A DNA stretch of 56,644 bases from the NCBI GenBank assembly GCA_045577475.1, contig JAZNIM010000087.1, forward strand, positions 1 to 56,644. The letters are read 5' to 3'. Under the pieces are notes generated by a model. That model saw nothing but the letters and a program-made list of their open reading frames with translations. It was not told the origin of the DNA and ran no database searches. The translations under genes were made by a program, and so were the position numbers. Every line of letters starts with the position of its first letter. Position 1 is the first letter of the stretch. Shown piece after piece: positions 34,901-43,396 of this stretch. Source of the DNA: Eubacteriales bacterium. GTDB taxonomy: Bacteria > Bacillota > Clostridia > Oscillospirales > CAG-382.

Positions 34901-36750
34901 TCTTTTCCGAAAAAGCATATATTCTGAATATCCCCTCTCACCCATCGGTGACGGCGTTTATTATATGACATCTGCTCTCGGGGAAAGCTGTCGGTGAGGG
35001 TTATGCGGCTTGTGGAAATACATCTTAAAATTGCTCCTTCAGGTGCATCGTGGCTGAGAACAATATCCTTTTGAAATTCGTTTTTGCCGCAAAGAGCTTT
35101 ATAAAAGCATTCCTTATCAAACATGCCTTTTCCGCAAAACACACCTTTTCCGAAAAGGGAAAAAGCAAGGTCATAGCCTGCACTGCTGTAGCTGTCAACT
35201 CCGCCTGCGCCGCACATTATGCCCGTAAAAGCGGTTTTATTTGCCGATTGAAGGCTTGTAACCATTTTAGGCTGAATAATACCGTAGCCCTTTATCACCC
35301 GTTTCTTTTTTTCATCATACAGCGGTCTGTTATTTGGGTGCAGCATTATTCCCGCTGTTTTTCTCACGCAGTCAAAGGCAAGGTTTGTGTCGCTGTCAAG
35401 TGTAAATACATACTTTATTTTACCGCACAGCACCTCATCAGGCTTGATGCTGTCCCGAGAAAAGCCGTCGCTTTTATTACACAAAAAACTGCACAGTGCA
35501 TTTACCGCACCTCTTTTTCTCTCATGTGCCATAAAGCACCCCTGCTTTTTTGAATATACTCTGTCACGCAGGAAAAGGAAAAAGCAGTTGCCGTGTTTTC
35601 TTCTGAGCCTCAGGATATTGTCAACCGCGTTTTTAACGATTGCCCCATCATTATCCGTCTTTTCCCTGTCACTGTCCGGAAGGTCGCAAAGCAGGGAAAA
35701 GTACACGTTTTCGCCGCCATTTGAGTAAAACATTTTTTCAAGACGTTCAAAAAGTGCATTATCATTTTCTTTTCCCGTAAGAAGTGTTGTCACCGTTACC
35801 AAAACAGAGCAGTCCTCGGGGATTTTTTTAAGGTCAAGTGCAGGCTCCGTAAAGTTCTCAACAACAAACCGTGAAAAAAACCTGTCAAGCACAAGCTTTA
35901 CGCATCTGTACACAGGTACAAGTGCAAGCAAAAACACGGGAGAAAGAATACAAAGAAAAAAGGTAAACAGCACCGTCATAAAAATGTGAAGCACAATATA
36001 CACCTGTCCGCCAAAGGGCTTATCGCACAGCACTCCCGTAAAATTATCCTTATTGCTTACAATAGAACGAACGTATTCAAGCTCTGTGATTTTATGCTTT
36101 TTTGCAACAGAAGCAAGATTTTTTCTTATACTCTGCTTTGTGTACACCGTTGATGAGGAATATACCTTGTCTTTAAGAAGCTGCATTTCGGTTTTATTGG
36201 TCTTTACACAATCCTCACTATCAAAGCCAAGCACCTCATCAAGGCTGACAAAAAGCGTTGTAAGACGCCCGTCGCCTTTTGCAAAAGGCTCAAGCTTTTT
36301 ATCTGTATAAAAACGGCATATTTCACGGCATATATCTGCTCTGATATACAAAGGAAAGCATTCGCTGTCATGAAGCAGAGTACTGTCTTCAAGGGAATTT
36401 ACCGCATCAAAGACTTCAGTCAGCTTACTGCTGTCAAATTCCCTTTTCATTCTTCTCACATATTCCGAAAAAGCAAGGCAGTACACCGACTCGCCATGTA
36501 CCGTCTTGACGTTTTTCAGTCTTGCAAAATGCTTTATATCCTCCAGCATGATTTGCTCAAGCTTTGGAAAATTCTCCTGAATATACCTAATACTGTTATC
36601 GGAAAAGCCTTTTGCTCTACTGAGTTTTTTCACAAATCCACGCAGCTTTCGCAATATGTGCCAATGCTTCAGCGCCTCAACAAGAGTTCTGCCGTATGTT
36701 TTCTTGTTTTTGTATTTTCCGATTACATCGCCAAGGGTATTCATATCCAT
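31951..36750 (-). CDS. cyclic beta-1,2-glucan synthase-like protein: N-terminal cytoplasmic region, TM segments, GT84 glycosyltransferase domain, TM segments, (alpha/alpha)6 cyclisation-type domain, about 430-aa C-terminal region of unknown function; no recognisable GH94 phosphorylase domain
   Basis: GT84/Cgs-NdvB motifs are ERKRGAVNAL, YVFTLDSDTNL, GYGIIQPKM, FGKGVFCGKGMFDKECF, LSHDAPEG and RRHRWVRGDIQN. Middle-domain motifs are LPPDNISF, TSPTNIGLYLAS, LYNWYD, SSVDEGNYIA, SETRILSF, WSGTVFEYFMP, FGISESCYN and GKYGFYES. The ORF opens at TTG 36843. The first ATG (36750) has a GGAG SD. Confidence 0.75.
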   Translation of the reverse strand: MDMNTLGDVIGKYKNKKTYGRTLVEALKHWHILRKLRGFVKKLSRAKGFSDNSIRYIQENFPKLEQIMLEDIKHFARLKNVKTVHGESVYCLAFSEYVRRMKREFDSSKLTEVFDAVNSLEDSTLLHDSECFPLYIRADICREICRFYTDKKLEPFAKGDGRLTTLFVSLDEVLGFDSEDCVKTNKTEMQLLKDKVYSSSTVYTKQSIRKNLASVAKKHKITELEYVRSIVSNKDNFTGVLCDKPFGGQVYIVLHIFMTVLFTFFLCILSPVFLLALVPVYRCVKLVLDRFFSRFVVENFTEPALDLKKIPEDCSVLVTVTTLLTGKENDNALFERLEKMFYSNGGENVYFSLLCDLPDSDREKTDNDGAIVKNAVDNILRLRRKHGNCFFLFLRDRVYSKKQGCFMAHERKRGAVNALCSFLCNKSDGFSRDSIKPDEVLCGKIKYVFTLDSDTNLAFDCVRKTAGIMLHPNNRPLYDEKKKRVIKGYGIIQPKMVTSLQSANKTAFTGIMCGAGGVDSYSSAGYDLAFSLFGKGVFCGKGMFDKECFYKALCGKNEFQKDIVLSHDAPEGAILRCISTSRITLTDSFPREQMSYNKRRHRWVRGDIQNICFFGKERKNSHNEKIVNGVDFTSKYLMLENIADGMLQIFSLVLMLLSLAVKERAVSTMLVTVSVSPYLLPFVYTLVSSLRKAFLYNLRRLFYSKGVYSGIWAELMRTFLALSFIPQSAYVCFDAILRSLYRMCVSHKNTLEWMTAAQSDRESRDGILGYVKKNLFGALCGVVLITCTNNSFVRLVGLAWLSSPFTAYYSGKEKKMEQPVVTVEEKQLLLENIADMWQYFEDNVSEKTNYLPPDNISFYPCEKVSFMTSPTNIGLYLASACVARKSGLLSTKQLEKICNDTLDTLIKIPKYKGLLYNWYDVSSAQPMKPKFVSSVDEGNYIACLFVLLGALEEYEKECGDYEGLRKKVQSLIDEADLSLMYNKKRKLFYIGFTVEDNSDITYSKNCYDMLMSETRILSFTAVAQRQVESTHFGSLSRQLAESDRYVGLASWSGTVFEYFMPAIFLPTVYGSLSFEALRFAQWMNVRCGKEYNERRIFGISESCYNSLDEAGNYRYHAFGNEEIALCVFSRQQVVSPYSSYLMLETDYEKSLENLKNLRDLGMYGKYGFYESCDFERHDAENGYGIVRCFMSHHLGMSICGAGNLIFDGCVRKFFMSDGKNSSALELLEERIPTEVYIKKRARKYYPMLSKPVLRPEYTAENDTEQAKEPKEITEICDNKNRIQVFVGEEIVCCDSYEGKYCGNNTGFAAEWFTAKREPAKIITVNCTQGRKVYLDAVIKQAALVQTEAGGVVFYLDGKMCFAFGFCIDESGRINQCVCSADGLKKSGRLFFDEGNKDAGKTQYVFAVGYAKSFEGIYNVRKRILRDKEKIKADAILFSESLEIDRNKMPDIPECDGNKASLVILTQKSDVLSAAKQAVKLVYTDSSLKEYTVTGLTRMLMDREKTDEKIRLYICAAFCGYCLSLEEKRLRSFIGDNTESYRLVLLSLLKNAECRIRHDEQGRLQYYCLKQLSDICKSAGDEAAYSIVASALEKWKKQNM

Positions 36751-36868
36751 TTTATCCAACTCCGCAGTTTTTTTGCTATTTTTTGCAAAACTCTGCCGTT
36801 TTATACCAAAGCAAACAAAAAAGGACTGCCTCTTATGAAGCAATCCTCATGCAATTATATGCTTTCTT

Positions 36869-37141
36869 TTATTCCTCAACAAGGTCGTTTTCACGAACCT
36901 TCTTTACAAATGCCGCAACATCATTCTTTGCAGTTTCCTCGTCAATCTCGTAGTTCCCGAGAATTGCCTCAACAAGCTCTTGCTGTGTTGCACCCTCTGC
37001 AAGCTTTTCCCAAAGAAAGCCGCCCGTTTCGTTAAGGGTAATCATTACATTTGCCTTTTTTGCTTCCTCACCCACAGCTACAACAATGTATGTATCTGCA
37101 ATCTGTCTGAGTATGAATCCCGATTTAATCTTCATTATCAT
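36869..37141 (-). CDS. PqqD-family (RiPP recognition element-like) small protein
   Basis: 90 aa. ITLNETGGFLWEKLAEGATQQELVEAILGNYEIDEETAKNDVAAFVKKVRENDLV fits the PqqD/RRE winged-helix pattern. Its ATG overlaps the upstream stop (ATGA). Confidence 0.65.
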   Translation of the reverse strand: MIMKIKSGFILRQIADTYIVVAVGEEAKKANVMITLNETGGFLWEKLAEGATQQELVEAILGNYEIDEETAKNDVAAFVKKVRENDLVEE

Positions 37142-37677
37142 TCAGCTCCTTTATCGAATATGTTTCCGCCCAGGCAGTCTATACCGCACAGTACGGGAAA
37201 ATCCTTTATTTCCAATCTTTTTACCGACTCACAGCCAAGCTCGGGAAATGCTATTACTTCAAAGCTTTTCACGCTCATTGCCGCAAGTGCACCTGCTCCG
37301 CCGATGGCACAAAAGTATATACCCGAACGCTTTACTATGGCATCAACCACACTCTTGCTTCTCGGTCCTTTTCCTATCATCGCCACAAGTCCGTTTTCTA
37401 ACAGAAGCGGCGTAAAGCCGTCCATTCTTGAGGAGGTCGTAGGGCCGCATGAGCCTATGGGACGTCCCGGAGGCTCAGGGGTGGGACCTGCATAATATAT
37501 ACAGGCGTTGTTTAAGTCAAAGGGAAGCGGCTGCTTGTTTTCAAGAAGTGCACATATCTTTTTGTGTGCCGCATCACGTGCCGTGTAAATAGTTCCCGAA
37601 AGATAAACCTCGTCACCGAATTTTATCTGCGGTATAACACATGGCAGCTCTGACACATCAACATGAAAAACCGCCAT
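37138..37677 (-). CDS. Fe-S type hydro-lyase beta subunit (class I fumarate hydratase / L-tartrate dehydratase C-terminal type), no adjacent alpha subunit
   Basis: GDEVYLSGTIYTARDAAHKKI, IYYAGPTP, GSCGPTTSSRMD, MIGKG and IGGAGAL are FumA-C/TtdB signatures. The start at ATG 37677 follows an AAGGGTG SD. Confidence 0.8.
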   Translation of the reverse strand: MAVFHVDVSELPCVIPQIKFGDEVYLSGTIYTARDAAHKKICALLENKQPLPFDLNNACIYYAGPTPEPPGRPIGSCGPTTSSRMDGFTPLLLENGLVAMIGKGPRSKSVVDAIVKRSGIYFCAIGGAGALAAMSVKSFEVIAFPELGCESVKRLEIKDFPVLCGIDCLGGNIFDKGAE

Positions 37678-37678
37678 T

Positions 37679-38386
37679 TTATTCACCCTTTAACGACTGT
37701 GACACAGAGGTAAAGAATGAGTCCATCTGGTCTTTATGGTTCTTGAAGATACCGCTTAATTCGTCCTTCTTGCGGTTAAGATACTTAACTCTTTTAAGGT
37801 TGTCCCTTACAGCCTCATCGCTTTGTCTTACTACTTCCTCGGCTTTAGCTCTTGCTTCTTCGGTATGCAATCTTGCCTTTTCCTTGGCATTGTTTACAAT
37901 TTCCTCAGCAAGGCTCTGTGCCTGTGCTATAACACTCTGAGCCTCACGGCGTGCCTCATCAAGGATAGCTTCAAATTCCTCGGAAAGGCTGTCGTCCATG
38001 GCAATACTGCTCACAGCAGCTTTAGGAGCAGCAAAGGCATCCTTTTCACCGCTTCTGACTCTTTTGGAAAGAGAAGCATTTTCTTCAAGTGCCTCATCAA
38101 GAAGCTGTTCCTTTTCCTCAAGGGTCTTTGCCATTTCCTTCATGGCATCCTCAAGGTCTTTTTTCTCCTTGGCAAGGCTTTCCTTTTCTTCCTTCAGCTT
38201 ATCGTACTTTTCTTTCGCTTCAAGCAATGACGGCATTTTGTCAAGCTCTTTATTCAAAGACTTTATTTCATTTTCCAGTTCCTGCGTCTGCTTATTATAC
38301 CGAACATTAAGCTCCTCGATATAATTTGTAACATCCTGCTTATTAAAGCCTGAAAGACTTGTTCTGAACAGGGATTCGTTTGCCAT
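37679..38386 (-). CDS. DivIVA-domain coiled-coil protein
   Basis: The N-terminus FRTSLSGFNKQDVTNYIEEL is a DivIVA-like motif. It is followed by about 200 aa of heptad-rich E/K/L coiled coil. GAGGGTG SD. Confidence 0.6.
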   Translation of the reverse strand: MANESLFRTSLSGFNKQDVTNYIEELNVRYNKQTQELENEIKSLNKELDKMPSLLEAKEKYDKLKEEKESLAKEKKDLEDAMKEMAKTLEEKEQLLDEALEENASLSKRVRSGEKDAFAAPKAAVSSIAMDDSLSEEFEAILDEARREAQSVIAQAQSLAEEIVNNAKEKARLHTEEARAKAEEVVRQSDEAVRDNLKRVKYLNRKKDELSGIFKNHKDQMDSFFTSVSQSLKGE

Positions 38387-38421
38387 ATGCAAGCACCCTC
38401 TTTCTATAACTGTTCTATTAT

Positions 38422-38450
38422 AGTATATCACACATCTTTTTAAAAATCAA
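38422..38450 (-). promoter_or_regulatory. sigma-A promoter for the DivIVA-like / hydro-lyase beta / PqqD-like unit
   Basis: The minus strand reads TTGATT-17 nt-TATACT. Confidence 0.6.
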
Positions 38451-38555
38451 CACCTACAAAAATATTTTCCTGTTTTAAATATTTACATTAATATCACAGG
38501 CATATCACATTCGCAAAATAAACTAAATTCAGATTAAAGTCCAGGGAGGTATTAC

Positions 38556-39221
38556 ATGTACAAGCTTCTGATTGTTGACGATGAAGAAAAAATACGCACC
38601 CTTATCAGCAAATACGCCGTATTTGAAGGCTATGAAGTAACCGAAGCACCCGACGGCATGAGTGCCATGGAAATACTGCGGAACAAAGATTTTGACCTAA
38701 TAATTCTTGACATAATGATGCCTGATATTGACGGCTTTACGGTTTGCAGAGAGCTGAGAAAAAAGTCCTCCACGCCTGTTATAATGCTCAGTGCAAGAGG
38801 CGAGGAATACGACAAGCTTCACGGCTTTGAGGTTGGCGTTGACGATTATGTTGTAAAGCCTTTTTCACCAAAAGAGCTTATGATGAGAGTTGCCGCAATT
38901 CTCAAGCGTACAAGCACAGTTTCCGGCGACTGCTTTGAATATGAAGGACTGAAGGTGGACTTTGCGGGCAGAATTGTATACGTTGACGGTGCTAAAGCAG
39001 AGCTGACACCAAAGGAATACGACCTGCTTTTCTACCTTATAAAGAACAAAGGAATAGCTCTGACCCGCGAAAAGCTTATAAGCAACGTATGGGGCTACGA
39101 CTTTTTCGGCGATGACAGAACACTTGATACTCACATAAAGCTTCTGAGAAAAAATCTCGGCAGCTATTCATCTCTTATTGTAACCCTGAGAGGAGTTGGC
39201 TACCGTTTTGAAACACAATAA
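38556..39221 (+). CDS. OmpR-family response regulator
   Basis: Receiver motifs are LIVDDEE, DLIILDIMMPDIDG and KPF. The C-terminus is a winged-helix (LTPKEYDLLFYL...VGYRF). GGGAGG SD. Confidence 0.9.
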   Translation: MYKLLIVDDEEKIRTLISKYAVFEGYEVTEAPDGMSAMEILRNKDFDLIILDIMMPDIDGFTVCRELRKKSSTPVIMLSARGEEYDKLHGFEVGVDDYVVKPFSPKELMMRVAAILKRTSTVSGDCFEYEGLKVDFAGRIVYVDGAKAELTPKEYDLLFYLIKNKGIALTREKLISNVWGYDFFGDDRTLDTHIKLLRKNLGSYSSLIVTLRGVGYRFETQ

Positions 39222-40758
39222 AGCACCCTCCATCGGCATTCGCTGGAAGGTTTTCGGCTTCATGCTTATTCCCACATTTTTTCTGTTGATAATTCTATGG
39301 CTGGTTCAGACGGTTTTCTTCGGGTTGTTCTATGCACAGGTTAAGACGGAGGAACTGAAAAAAACCACGGAAACGGTAATACGTGATATTGAAAAATCCG
39401 ATATCAGCAACACAATCATGTTTCTTTCGGGAAACGGAGATATAAACATCAGTGTAATTGACACCAAGGCATTTGACAGTCTTTACACCACGGGCGATGC
39501 CTACAGCTCGGTTTCATCGGGTCTCGGGTCATACGGCATGTTCAGGCTGTACGAGGATGTTATTGAAAACGGCGGTGAATATTCAAGATATTACAGCACT
39601 TCTTCAACACAAGAGAACACCGACAAAAACATATCAAAATCGTCCGATTTTCGTGATCCCCAAGGCAACACTCCCAAAAACTTCCCGGGAATTGGACGTG
39701 ACAGCTTTCACAGAATTCCGACTCCCGGCTTTTTCGGTCATATCGGTCAAAAAAACCAGCTTCTCTATGCAAAAACAGCCATCCTTTCCAACGGAACCGA
39801 AATCATGGTTGTTGCAGACACAATGCTCTCTCCTTTTGACTCAACGGTAAGCACGCTGAGATATCAGTTAATAATATGCTCTATAATAAGCATCATACTC
39901 TCACTGCTTTTATCCTTTCTTATATCAAAAAAGGTATCAAAGCCCATCATCAACATCAACAACTCGGCACGCACACTTGCAACGGGAGATTTTGATGTTC
40001 ACTTTGAGGGCAATGGCTACCGTGAAATTGAACAACTCAGTGATACCTTGAATTTTGCTTCAAGGGAGCTTGGCAAATCCGAAGCACTCAGACGTGAGCT
40101 GATGGCAAACGTGTCCCACGACATGAGAACGCCGTTGACGATGATTGTAGGCTACAGTGAGGCAATGCGTGACATTCCCGGTGAAAACACTCCCGAGAAC
40201 GTTCAGGTTATCATTGATGAAGCAAACAGACTTTCGGCTTTTGTAAACAATGTACTTGACCTTACAAAGCTTCAAAGCGGTATGGAAAAGCTTGAAATGG
40301 AAAAAATTGATATTACAAGTCTTGTAAGAAAAACCGCAGAGCGATATACAAAGCTTCTTCCCGAAAATGAGTGCTCGGTAAGCCTTTGTGCACCCGATGA
40401 GCCTGTTTACGTCATGGGCGATGCCACAAAGCTGACACAGGTTTTGCACAATCTTGCGGACAATGCGGTAAATTATGCAGGAAATACAAAAAAAATCGGC
40501 TTTACCCAGACTGTAACGCAAGACGGATACGTCAGAGTTGAAATTTCCGACAACGGTGAAGGCATCCCTCCCGAGGAGCTTCCCTATATTTGGGACAGGT
40601 ACTACAAAACCGACAAAAATCACAAAAGAAGCACCGTCGGTTCGGGTCTTGGACTCTCCATTGTAAAGGAAATTCTCAAAAAGCACAATGCAAGGTACGG
40701 TGTGGAAACATCGTCTGAAAACGGTTCTGTATTTTGGTTTTCGCTTTCTCTTTGCTGA
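39196..40758 (+). CDS. sensor histidine kinase (two TM segments, HAMP, HisKA, HATPase_c)
   Basis: H-box ANVSHDMRTPL, N-box HNLADNAVNY, and G-boxes DNGEGI and GSGLGLSIV. The start is ambiguous (TTG 39196 or TTG 39208) and overlaps the regulator gene end. Confidence 0.9.
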   Translation: MATVLKHNKAPSIGIRWKVFGFMLIPTFFLLIILWLVQTVFFGLFYAQVKTEELKKTTETVIRDIEKSDISNTIMFLSGNGDINISVIDTKAFDSLYTTGDAYSSVSSGLGSYGMFRLYEDVIENGGEYSRYYSTSSTQENTDKNISKSSDFRDPQGNTPKNFPGIGRDSFHRIPTPGFFGHIGQKNQLLYAKTAILSNGTEIMVVADTMLSPFDSTVSTLRYQLIICSIISIILSLLLSFLISKKVSKPIININNSARTLATGDFDVHFEGNGYREIEQLSDTLNFASRELGKSEALRRELMANVSHDMRTPLTMIVGYSEAMRDIPGENTPENVQVIIDEANRLSAFVNNVLDLTKLQSGMEKLEMEKIDITSLVRKTAERYTKLLPENECSVSLCAPDEPVYVMGDATKLTQVLHNLADNAVNYAGNTKKIGFTQTVTQDGYVRVEISDNGEGIPPEELPYIWDRYYKTDKNHKRSTVGSGLGLSIVKEILKKHNARYGVETSSENGSVFWFSLSLC

Positions 40759-41267
40759 AAAGTAACTTTATGTATCACAAGGTTTTCGGAGTCTGCGGAC
40801 TCCGACCTTCTTTTATCCCGCGATAAAAGAAGGCAAAAACGCTCCACTCATCGGCACGACTTTTGAGGTCGTGCCTGAGCCGTGGCGGCTCTCTAATCCC
40901 CACAACTGAGGATGCCGCCTGTAAAGCTCGGTAAATCGCTCGCTTACGCTCGATGGGGTGCAGTGCGAGTATTGGGAAGTGCATCAATCAAATCCAAGGC
41001 AATAAGGACATAAAATGTAATCTCCACTTTTCTGCGTTCCCAAAAGTAAAAACGTCAGCCGTTGTTTGGCTGACGTTTTGGCTAACCGAGCACTTGATGC
41101 TCGGATTTTATCTTATTGTTTAGTTGGTGAAGCACTGAGTTTGACCGCTTTGATTAATGGCGGTCAAACGTGGTTGCATTCGGGCATCGATGACCTGAAT
41201 TTTTCACTATAGTATGGTCACGTCAGCTTTTCTCTTTGGTAACTTTCTCTTTTCAGCAAAGAGAAAG
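40759..41267. repeat. 510-bp non-coding region packed with at least 9 distinct short hairpins (mosaic palindromic-repeat cluster)
   Basis: Hairpins read directly lie at 40787-40804, 40806-40833, 40853-40875, 40877-40891, 41049-41079, 41086-41104, 41139-41169 and 41239-41271. Several modules recur elsewhere in the window. Confidence 0.8.
41123..41222 (+). repeat. approximately 100-bp structured repeat element (copy 2), inverted relative to 12187-12285
   Basis: See copy 1. The central hairpin gtttgaccgc...gcggtcaaac is conserved and the loop differs. Confidence 0.8.
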
Positions 41268-42023
41268 TTACTGAGCGGCGTCTACGATGATGCCGAAGTC
41301 TTCTGTCTTGAGAGAAGCACCGCCGATAAGACCGCCGTCAACGTTTTCGCACTTGAGAAGGTCTGCACAGTTCTTTGCGTTCATTGATCCGCCATACTGA
41401 ACGATTGTTTCGTCTGCAACAGCCTTTCCGTAAAGCTCTGCAACAACTGCTCTTACAACGCCGCAAGCTTCGTCAGCCTGTTCGTTAGTTGCAGTCTTGC
41501 CTGTACCGATTGCCCAAACGGGTTCGTATGCGATGATAACGTTCTTCATCTGCTCTGCTGTAACGTCGAGAAGGTCAACCTTTGTCTGCTTGCCGAGAAT
41601 TTCAGCAGTAATGCCCTGCTCTCTTTCCTTTTCAAGCTCGCCTACGCAAAGAATAACCTTAAGACCTGCTTCAAGTGCAGCCTTAACTCTTGCGTTTACC
41701 GTTTCGTCTGTTTCTGCAAAGTACTGTCTTCTTTCGGAGTGACCGATGATTACGTATTCAACGCCAAGGTCGCAGAGCATATCTGCACTTGTTTCGCCTG
41801 TGTATGCGCCGCTCTTTGCAAAATGTACGTTCTGTGCACCAATCTTGATGTTGGAGCCTTTTACTGTTTCAACTGCTGCAGCAAGGTTTGTTGCAGGAAC
41901 GCAGCAAACGATGTCACAATTATCCTTGCCTGCTACTACAGGCTTGAGTGCTTCTAAAAATGCCTTTGTTTCGGAAGGAGTCTTGTTCATCTTCCAGTTG
42001 CCGGCAATTACTAATCTTCTCAT
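41268..42023 (-). CDS. tpiA: triosephosphate isomerase
   Basis: AGNWKMNK, IIGHSERR and AYEPVWAIGTGKTAT signatures. 251 aa. Confidence 0.95.
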   Translation of the reverse strand: MRRLVIAGNWKMNKTPSETKAFLEALKPVVAGKDNCDIVCCVPATNLAAAVETVKGSNIKIGAQNVHFAKSGAYTGETSADMLCDLGVEYVIIGHSERRQYFAETDETVNARVKAALEAGLKVILCVGELEKEREQGITAEILGKQTKVDLLDVTAEQMKNVIIAYEPVWAIGTGKTATNEQADEACGVVRAVVAELYGKAVADETIVQYGGSMNAKNCADLLKCENVDGGLIGGASLKTEDFGIIVDAAQ

Positions 42024-42097
42024 TTTGTTTACCTACCTTTTAACACGTAAATTTATTTGTATGGGCGGATATTATCCGCCCGTTTTTTTATAGTATT

Positions 42098-43396
42098 TTA
42101 GCGATCGTTGAGAGCAGAGATACCGGGAAGTTCCTTGCCTCCGAGGAATTCAAGGGATGCACCGCCGCCTGTGGAGATGTGAGTCATCTTATCAGCATAG
42201 CCGAGCTTTTCAACTGCTGCTGCAGAGTCACCGCCGCCGATGATGGAAATTGCGCCGCTTTCAGCAACAGCCTTAGCAACGGATTCTGTACCGTTAGCGA
42301 AGTTCTTCCATTCGGAAACACCCATAGGACCGTTCCAAACAACAGTACCTGCGCCCTTGATTGTCTTGGAGAAGAGTTCTACTGTTGTAGGACCGATATC
42401 AAGACCCATCCAGCCATCGGGAATGCAGTCGGAGTAAATTCTCATGTATTCTGTGTTTTCATCGTATTCTCTACCAATCATGTTATCAACGGGGAGAAGG
42501 AAGCTAACGCCCTTAGCTCTTGCCTTGTTCATGAGTTCAACAGCAAGCTCAAGCTTGTCTTCTTCGCAAAGAGAAGTACCTGTTGTGTTGCCCAGTGCTC
42601 TGAAGAAGGTGTATGCCATACCGCCGCCGATGATGAGTGTGTCAACCTTTTCAATAAGGTTTTCAATAACGCCGATCTTATCGGAAACCTTTGCACCGCC
42701 GAGGATTGCAACGAAGGGACGCTTGGGATCGTTAAGAGCACCGCCCATAACTTCAAGCTCCTTCTGAATGAGGTAGCCGCAAGCTGCTTCTTCAACAAAA
42801 GCAGTAACACCTGCAGTGGAGCAGTGTGCTCTGTGTGCACTGCCGAATGCATCGTTTACGTAAAGGTCGCAAAGAGAAGCAAGTTCCTTGGAGAAGGATT
42901 CTTCGTTCTTTGTTTCTCTTGCATCAAAGCGTACGTTTTCAAGAAGAACAGCTTCGCCTTCCTTGAGAGCCGCAATCTTAGCCTTTGCATCTTCGCCTAC
43001 GATATCCTTTGCAAATGTAACCTTGCCGTCAAGAAGCTCATTGAGTCTGTCAGCAACAGGCTTTAATGTGAACTTAACAGGGTCGTTCTTCTTTGCCTTT
43101 TCAAGAAGCTCTGCCTTAGCTGCTGCCTGTTCTGCTTCGGGAAGTGCTTCAACCTTTTTCTTTTCCTTCTTGTCAAGACCGAAGCCTTCTGTAAAAATTG
43201 CATGAGGCTTGCCCATGTGTGAGCAGAGGATTACCTTTGCACCGTTTTCAAGCAGGTACTTGATTGTGGGAAGTGCGGATACGATTCTCTTATCGCTTGT
43301 GATTACGCCGTCCTTAAGGGGTACATTGAAGTCGCAGCGAACAAGTACTTTTTTGCCTGCAACCTTAATGTCTTCAACTGTCTTCTTGTTTAACAT
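42098..43396 (-). CDS. pgk: phosphoglycerate kinase (with an N-domain insertion of about 35-40 aa)
   Basis: [28 protein letters not shown] and [11 protein letters not shown] signatures. It is 432 aa, versus roughly 395-400 aa for typical enzymes as I recall. Confidence 0.95.
   Translation of the reverse strand: MLNKKTVEDIKVAGKKVLVRCDFNVPLKDGVITSDKRIVSALPTIKYLLENGAKVILCSHMGKPHAIFTEGFGLDKKEKKKVEALPEAEQAAAKAELLEKAKKNDPVKFTLKPVADRLNELLDGKVTFAKDIVGEDAKAKIAALKEGEAVLLENVRFDARETKNEESFSKELASLCDLYVNDAFGSAHRAHCSTAGVTAFVEEAACGYLIQKELEVMGGALNDPKRPFVAILGGAKVSDKIGVIENLIEKVDTLIIGGGMAYTFFRALGNTTGTSLCEEDKLELAVELMNKARAKGVSFLLPVDNMIGREYDENTEYMRIYSDCIPDGWMGLDIGPTTVELFSKTIKGAGTVVWNGPMGVSEWKNFANGTESVAKAVAESGAISIIGGGDSAAAVEKLGYADKMTHISTGGGASLEFLGGKELPGISALNDR

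Noticed and set aside
29263-37141. RiPP or PQQ-like cluster hypothesis: a PqqD-like RRE plus a PqqF/G-like M16B peptidase pair within 5 kb.
   Set aside because: There is no radical-SAM or other maturase and no precursor peptide ORF. The M16 pair has its own TTTACA-17-TATAAT promoter and is the widely conserved YmfF/YmfH-type pair linked to lgt-folD-aroK, so the proximity is probably coincidental.
40775-40987. 70-aa minus-strand ORF (plus 40620-40847) inside the hairpin cluster.
   Set aside because: It has no SD, it is built from palindromic modules, and its Arg/Pro/Ala-rich product has no recognisable features.
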